Positions 62,732 through 64,000 of a DNA stretch of 64,000 nucleotides are shown piece by piece. Numbering within the stretch: position 1 is the first letter of the stretch; every line of letters begins with the position of its first letter. The DNA lies in NCBI GenBank assembly GCA_035084275.1, contig CM068746.1, forward strand, positions 17,112,001 through 17,176,000, given 5' to 3'. The translations under genes were made by a program, and so were the position numbers. The stretch is from Hydrolagus colliei (lineage: Eukaryota). The notes beneath the pieces are model-generated. The model was not told the DNA's origin and ran no database searches. It was given only the letters and a program-made list of their open reading frames with translations.

Positions 62732-63644
62732 CGTACTACTTCAAGTACAGTTGCAAATAATCAGCCAAAAAGATGGACATAGAAATGATACGGAAAGCCT
62801 CAATGAAGCAGGGACTTGGAAGTAATAAACAACAAATCAATTGTCTTAAGAGAAGTTTACAAAGAAGCCTTACCTTTACCGCAACTATCAGCAGCATATA
62901 GAGATGCATTACATCTAGAACAAATGCTACAAAGCAGAATCTGAAGACTGCTTTGCTGGTTGACTCCGGAGCCTGTGCTGAGGACTGTGAGGCAGTTAAA
63001 AGTCCAGTGTTGTTCATTCAATGAAAATATTTAACACATCAATAGTGAAAACAGTATGGTACAAAGTGACTCACATTGTTTCAGAAGTTAAAAGGAATTG
63101 CATTTTCTTACTAGTGTATTTTTGCTATTAGCTTCTTATACTGCTGATTAGATACAGTATTTACGAGCAAAATGACAGCAATGTGGTGAAGAGGCACAAC
63201 ACAAGGTCACACACTCATTCTTTATGTGGTGAACCACCAAACACTAGCAAAAAAGACTGAGTAACCAGGTGCTTTGGTTGCCGGTCACCCAAAATGAGTC
63301 AGTTCGTTTATGCTATTTCTGAGCACTTCCCAGCAATTGTTTATACAGCAATATTGTCAAAGGTTCCCAGCAAGGAAACTGCACAATGTAGAAAGGAAGA
63401 AATAGCTACACAATTACGCAAAGTTGATGATGTGCAGCCTGGCAATTTACCCAAGTCGTGCCCCTGCCCCCCAAAACCAGAGTTTAGGATCCTTAATTTC
63501 TGTATCGTAAGACTTTCAATAGATTCACTCCTATCAATTGTCATTGTCATAATATCTAAGCTTTCCCCACAAAAAACTGGAAAGATAATAAAAAAATATT
63601 ATTCACTGCTGTGCATAATTGCCTCCTGCATTTCTACTACTCCT

Positions 63645-63920
63645 ACAACTACAACTTCCATTTATATAGCATCCTCCACGCCGGAAGGCGTCTCAGAGCG
63701 CTTCACAATAGCGGATCCCGGGACCAAGCCAGGGGCAGGGCCAGAAAGGTGACCAAAGGAGCAGTCGAAGAGAAAGGTCTTCAGCTGGGACCTGAAACTG
63801 AGGAGTATGGCCTCCGTCTTGTAAACATTCAGCTGCAAGAAATTGGCTGACAGAACATCAGGGGTCTGGGGGGGGTCGCAAAGTGAAGTGGAAAAATAGA
63901 GTTGGGTGTCATCCTCATAG
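63645..63920 (-). mobile_element. L2 fragment(s)
   Basis: DDTQLYFS...FLQLN..KTEAIL and FRSQLKTFLFD on the minus strand, joined by internal deletion. Confidence 0.75.
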
Positions 63921-64000
63921 ATTTTTCCCACAAGACTAGTCAATTCACTTTCCAGTATAATCTGTGTGGTGTTTTGGAGACATCTCGCTGATGTGATAAG

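Overview
Vertebrate genomic DNA, most likely a cartilaginous fish (inferred from the tRNA-head/Deu-domain/L2-tail SINE, CR1/L2 fragments and a shark-type Penelope hairpin; Callorhinchus milii is plausible but not provable here). The window holds one complete protein-coding gene, E2F7 (+ strand). I reconstructed it by hand as a putative non-coding exon 1 (~37130-37533) plus 13 coding exons (38920-53861; 2958 nt, 985 aa, all GT-AG, phases consistent), with an E2F/CCAAT promoter and a probable ~3.1-kb 3'UTR. The left ~22 kb looks intronic or intergenic, with a possible minus-strand first exon near 22.0 kb (NAV3 would be the syntenic candidate). The rest is SINEs, L2/CR1 fragments, hAT and Tc1/mariner-pogo MITEs, minisatellites and three assembly gaps. 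Most notable: (i) a 934-bp pogo/Tigger-type TIR element enclosing a complete cell-cycle-type promoter and splice donor 6 kb upstream of E2F7; (ii) a duplicated E2F/ETS module on both sides of a 1.5-kb G4-forming minisatellite; (iii) a Penelope-type hairpin with a degenerate hammerhead core nested in a SINE in E2F7 intron 1; (iv) an apparently extra coding exon in E2F7.
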